From an uncultured Desulfospira sp. (lineage in GTDB: Bacteria > Desulfobacterota > Desulfobacteria > Desulfobacterales > Desulfobacteraceae), in the NCBI GenBank assembly GCA_963663165.1, contig OY760175.1, forward strand, positions 2,912,001 to 2,976,000: DNA of 64,000 bases. The letters are read 5' to 3'. Positions 58,594 to 64,000 of this stretch are shown one piece after another (within the stretch, counting starts at the first letter, position 1; every line of letters begins with the position of its first letter). The position numbers were made by a program, and so were the translations under genes. The notes under the pieces were generated by a model. The model did not search any database and was not told the origin of the DNA. It was given only the letters and a program-made list of their open reading frames with translations.

Positions 58594-59391
58594 TTAGCCC
58601 TGCTTTTTAATCACCCTTGTGGCGCAGATTCTGTCATGCAGGGTCCTTTTTTCTGCATCAAAACCGGCCATGATATAACCGATCAAAAGGATCATGCCGC
58701 TGAGCATTTCCCCAAAGAACCGGGCAAAGGCCCTCAAATAAGAGACCTTCTGATTTTCAGCGGTCACGACCTGAAGCCCGCAGGCCATTTTGCCCGGCGT
58801 GGCCGAAAATTTTCCGATAAACCACGTGGCGTAAAAAACGGTAATCCCCCATTGGAGCAGGCTCAGGATAACCGATGGAATGATAACGGATTTAAACGCT
58901 GCAGGATCCGACATACCGGCAGGGTCCATTTTGGGCATGATCAGCCAGCCAAGGGGAATGGCAATGCCGTAATTGACAATGGTCATGATAATATAATCAA
59001 TGAGTTTGGCCCCAAAGCGGATCCAGAACCCCGCATATGCCATTGGCGTGGTCTGCACCCCCTCACGAAGTTTTTGCAGAAAGGCCGGTTTGCACGTCTC
59101 ACAGACCAGAGAGCCCTGAAACGAAACCAGCTCGTCCTGATAAAAGAGATTGCCGCACTCGGTGCAGATCTCCTTGAGCCGATGCTCTTCGGGCGCCTCT
59201 TCGGGCTCCTGGTCATCCGGAAGTTCAGCCCCTTTCAACGCCTCAACCCGTTCCCAGGCAGTCCACTCGTTAATGTCATCATTTTGCACCAGGGTTTCCG
59301 GCGTGACCGTCCCCTCGCTCACCAGGGAATCAAATTCTTCGTCAGTAAACGGCCCTTTGGTTTCCCCGTCAGCGGCATAATACCAGTCCAT
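58594..59391 (-). CDS. GYF_2 + zinc finger + RDD protein
   Basis: WYYAADGETKGPF; CTEC...CETC; AGFWIRFGAKLID...LHDRIC. Confidence 0.88.
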   Translation of the reverse strand: MDWYYAADGETKGPFTDEEFDSLVSEGTVTPETLVQNDDINEWTAWERVEALKGAELPDDQEPEEAPEEHRLKEICTECGNLFYQDELVSFQGSLVCETCKPAFLQKLREGVQTTPMAYAGFWIRFGAKLIDYIIMTIVNYGIAIPLGWLIMPKMDPAGMSDPAAFKSVIIPSVILSLLQWGITVFYATWFIGKFSATPGKMACGLQVVTAENQKVSYLRAFARFFGEMLSGMILLIGYIMAGFDAEKRTLHDRICATRVIKKQG

Positions 59392-59409
59392 GCGTTCCCC
59401 CTTTAAAAA

Positions 59410-60774
<1,365 letters not shown>

Positions 60775-60971
60775 TCATGTGATCAACTTTATTGAACCCG
60801 GCCGCCCTATTCCCGTGTTGCTGTTTTTTCGGGCACTCTCCTGACCCGTAATCTTATAGGGAGATTTTTAATTTTAACAGACCGGATAGATATCATGCCT
60901 ACTTTACCATAAAACCTGATACAGGTTAAATATTCTTTGAACATTAAATTGTGGACAGCATGGACTTGGCA

Positions 60972-61031
60972 GGCAATCACCTGTAAAAAAGCAATCCATT
61001 CCGGAATGGGAGATACGAATAATCTCCAGTA
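60972..61031. repeat. Repeat family D, copy 2
   Basis: Matches 16217-16275. Confidence 0.75.
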
Positions 61032-61124
61032 GAATTAGTTTTTGGCCATGATTTCGGAAAATGACCGCATACCATAGGCCGGTGACTTGGGGTAAAAGCG
61101 ACAGATGATACCATTACGGTCTAC

Positions 61125-61184
61125 TAACGGCCACGGGCCGTCTTGGTTATCCAACCAGGAACCGCCCACAACAAATAATGAAAG
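61125..61184 (-). repeat. Family A core-only copy
   Basis: Core intact, similarity ends after ATAATGAAAG. Confidence 0.88.
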
Positions 61185-61251
61185 CACTCAAAGGGATAGT
61201 CCGGGTGAGTTTTTGATAAAAAATCAGGTCCGAACTGGTAAAAGTCCACAC

Positions 61252-61611
61252 CTATTCTGAGACAATAGCCCTTACTTTAGCCAAGGATTCACTTACCGCA
61301 GAGGCCGGGGCTTTTTCAGCAAACGTCAAACCTCTTTCCACAAAATCAATTGTCTTGACCTGGTGGCAAAGGACAACTCCAGAAATTTTTTTTCCAGTTA
61401 GAGCTACTTCAAAACCATGCCCTCTAACCCGGCTTGTAACCGGGGCTACTAACGCCAGCAGAGTTTTTTTGTTAAAAACCGCAGGAGAAAGGACCAGGGC
61501 CGGCCGATGTCCCATCTGTTCGTGACCGGCTGCTGGGTCGAAGTCTGTCCAGACAAGATCCCCACGTTTAGGAATGTACTGCTGTTTTTCCGATTTTTCG
61601 GCCATTACCAT
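61252..61611 (-). CDS. mazF: MazF/PemK toxin
   Basis: PKRGDLVWTDFDPAAGHEQMGHRPALVLSP; start may be 61605. Confidence 0.94.
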   Translation of the reverse strand: MVMAEKSEKQQYIPKRGDLVWTDFDPAAGHEQMGHRPALVLSPAVFNKKTLLALVAPVTSRVRGHGFEVALTGKKISGVVLCHQVKTIDFVERGLTFAEKAPASAVSESLAKVRAIVSE

Positions 61612-61865
61612 TCCTTTCCTACTGGCTTGTCATTCAACCATGCTCTATCCTCAGAATCTAAGGCAACATTCTCAGGATCACATTGGCCCAAAAGCTCGTC
61701 AAGCGTATACTCTTTTCTCTTCTGGATCGGGGTGATAACAATCCTGCCGTCTTTCGCCTCAATGGTAACGGGCTGATCTTTTTCGAGCTGGACCATATCA
61801 GCAATTACTTTTGGTATCCTGGCAGCCAGGCTATTACCCCATTTTTTTATAACCAGTTCTGTCAT
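61605..61865 (-). CDS. mazE: MazE/AbrB antitoxin
   Basis: KKWGNSLAARIP, YTLDELL, PVGKEW. Confidence 0.94.
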   Translation of the reverse strand: MTELVIKKWGNSLAARIPKVIADMVQLEKDQPVTIEAKDGRIVITPIQKRKEYTLDELLGQCDPENVALDSEDRAWLNDKPVGKEW

Positions 61866-62024
61866 ATCTCTCTCCCTTGAAAGTTGAAACATTGTATAAA
61901 CATATTATAGCGCAAAAGGAAATGTGTCAACAAAGTATCAACTCTTTTAAAAATAAAGATTTTTCCTGACATGAGTTACAGGGATAGTCTGAGGTATTCC
62001 GGCGTGTAAAAAAATGAGATTGCC

Positions 62025-62114
62025 TAATTCGGGGGACACGTGGTAATTCGGGGGACACGAAACTAAAATATTTATCAGGCAATTTTAATTTTGTTTCGTG
62101 TCCCCCGAATTACC
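62025..62114. repeat. REP-like inverted repeat (AATTCGGGGGACAC family)
   Basis: GGTAATTCGGGGGACACGAAAC / GTTTCGTGTCCCCCGAATTACC plus an extra half-site; related sequence at 63793-63838. Confidence 0.85.
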
Positions 62115-62273
62115 CCAGACGGCTGAGCTCCCGGTTAAAGTGGAATCAATTCGTGATGATGGGATTGTAAAAAACGGATGAATCGCTACTGAGTCATTTA
62201 AATCTGTCATGAAACCTGATATCAAGGATATTGTCTGAATTTTTGGAACTGAAAGGAAACAAGTAAAGGACGT

Positions 62274-63212
62274 ATGTTATTTTTTAAAGACAAGAAAACC
62301 GGTAAAGATTGCCTTTCTTTTGTCGAGGATGACAGCAATCAAAACTATGAGTGTGTCTTTTCTGCTTGCCCCAATCCGACTTGTACTTGCCTGACCATAG
62401 ACATTGATCTTGCCTTCATGACTGGTCAGAGCCGTGGGAATCTGCCCAAACTTAGCCACAGTGTTAAAATTGATCTGGACAAAAGAAAACTGCACACGTC
62501 ACCCGAAATTGAATTACCGCCTGAGGAAAAGGCTTTTGGAGACCTGCTTTTATCCCAGCTTGGAGATGATGATTTTAAATTCCTGAAAACCAAGCATTTT
62601 GCCTATAAAAATAAGATTACAAAAGAAGCAGACATCAACGAAATAGAGGGCTATTTTGACTATGATGAAGTGGAGCTGAATGGGTTGATGTATGCTTACA
62701 ATGGTATTTTACCGTATGGTGACCAGATTCTGGTCGATATAAAAAAAGAAAAATACCTGATTGTAGACCAATTCTGCCTGCTGCCAAAGTGTAAATGCAC
62801 GGATACAATCCTGGATTTAGTACCTGCCGGGGAAAATGCAATGACAGCTGAACCCTGGTGTGCCTTTCGACTGAAATATGCAAAAAGGCACTGGGCCGCG
62901 ATGGAGGATTCTTTTCCTCCCATCCCCCTGGAGGAAATTCGAACCGCCATTGAAGCACAACATCCGGACTTTTACAAACTGCTTCGGAGGCGCCATGAAA
63001 AATTAAAAAAGATCTATTTGAATTGCCGCAGGAAACATTATTTACCTCCACAGATCGTAACAGACCCGAAAGTTGGCAGAAACGATCCCTGCCCCTGTGG
63101 AAGTGGGAAAAAATATAAAAAGTGTTGTTTAAAATCGACCACACCGGTTGGATTTCCAGACAACCGATCGGACATTTCCGGTTTTCAATTTCCTGGCGAT
63201 TTTAAACCATAA
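62274..63212 (+). CDS. SEC-C motif protein
   Basis: [20 protein letters not shown]; two internal CxxPxCxC motifs. Confidence 0.88.
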   Translation: MLFFKDKKTGKDCLSFVEDDSNQNYECVFSACPNPTCTCLTIDIDLAFMTGQSRGNLPKLSHSVKIDLDKRKLHTSPEIELPPEEKAFGDLLLSQLGDDDFKFLKTKHFAYKNKITKEADINEIEGYFDYDEVELNGLMYAYNGILPYGDQILVDIKKEKYLIVDQFCLLPKCKCTDTILDLVPAGENAMTAEPWCAFRLKYAKRHWAAMEDSFPPIPLEEIRTAIEAQHPDFYKLLRRRHEKLKKIYLNCRRKHYLPPQIVTDPKVGRNDPCPCGSGKKYKKCCLKSTTPVGFPDNRSDISGFQFPGDFKP

Positions 63213-63271
63213 TGCTTTTTTGCATCAGGGTTAAAAAAGTATGAATGAGTTTTTGAAAAGATATTGACAAC

Positions 63272-63562
63272 ATGGACAGCGATTTTCCACAGTATGAAGC
63301 GGAATGCCAGGGCTGTGATACCTTTTTGCCGGTTAATGATTTAGGACTGTGTGAAGATTGTGCCGGCAAACTTGACCGCGATATGATCCGTAAACGCGAT
63401 TGGGCGTATTCCGTCCTTGCATTTGGATGCCCAAAAGACAAACTTGAAGATTTAAGGAACGATATTATCAAAAAGCACGGTAAAACATTTGAACTGATTG
63501 CTGATGAAAAACCTAAAAAGAAAAAACAGCGGAATAAACGCAAACGAACTCGAAAAAAATAA
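63272..63562 (+). CDS. Small zinc-finger-like hypothetical protein
   Basis: CQGC...CEDC, basic tail. Confidence 0.7.
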   Translation: MDSDFPQYEAECQGCDTFLPVNDLGLCEDCAGKLDRDMIRKRDWAYSVLAFGCPKDKLEDLRNDIIKKHGKTFELIADEKPKKKKQRNKRKRTRKK

Positions 63563-63641
63563 TGAGCCGCCAAAAATTAAAGGCAATAGGAAATAAGCAC
63601 CGGGCAACTTAGTGGGTTTATAATGATTCATTCAATTTCAA

Positions 63642-63790
63642 TAACGGCCACGGGCCGTCTTGGTTATCCAACCAAGAACCGCCCACAACAAACAATGAAA
63701 CTGAAGATACCAGCAACGGTAGACTATAAATTGGGCACCGCAGGTGCTTCGCCCTCTTGTCTCTTGTTTCTTGTCTCCAGTTTCTTATAA
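63642..63790 (-). repeat. Family A long form
   Basis: Near-identical to 31783-31931. Confidence 0.92.
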
Positions 63791-64000
63791 AAAATATTTG
63801 CAAGCCAATTTTAATTTTGTTTCGTGTCCCCTGAATTCGAATTACTGAATTCGTTGAGAAAAACACACAACGCCAAAGGAAACCCAATGGGAAAGGAAAT
63901 TGAACTTACCCGGCCCCCGGGAATGGGGTGGATTTTGATAAAAGGGCTGTTCAAATCAATGTTCAGGCCCGGCTCTGTGGATGACCCGGCCCGGGTGGAA

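Noticed and set aside
58486..59406. Long antisense ORFs (also 5360-6127, 27226-27855, 21166-21780)
   Set aside because: Shadows of well-supported genes on the opposite strand in GC-rich DNA

Overview
Bacterial chromosomal window, probably from a sulfate-reducing deltaproteobacterium (Desulfobacteraceae-like; inferred from gene content and repeat style). Housekeeping genes: 5' part of dnaJ, ubiE/menG, two hsp20, pcm, cls, FMN riboswitch-ribB, prs and gdhA. Accessory blocks: (1) a five-gene minus-strand cluster of amidohydrolase, CHASE2 adenylate cyclase, FecR-TPR-beta-barrel receptor, a small acidic protein with a cationic Cys-hairpin tail, and a C25 gingipain-like protease. This is the best candidate for an undescribed peptide-signalling system. 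(2) Four toxin-antitoxin pairs, two of them flanking an internally deleted group II intron. (3) An unassigned ~300-nt highly structured RNA-like region upstream of prs. (4) A metal-uptake locus with fecI-fecR-receptor, a duplicated copy stripped of its signalling parts, and a Ni/peptide-type ABC operon whose binding protein has an in-frame stop. (5) A ten-gene RDD/SpoIIM/DUF58/MoxR/DUF4350/DUF4129 cluster extended with B-box and GYF proteins. Intergenic DNA is dense in repeats: about 12 copies of a modular hairpin element (tandem, nested and junction forms), two MITE families, REP-like palindromes with a RAYT-like transposase remnant, and 7-8 bp tandem arrays. All family assignments are by eye; no searches were run.
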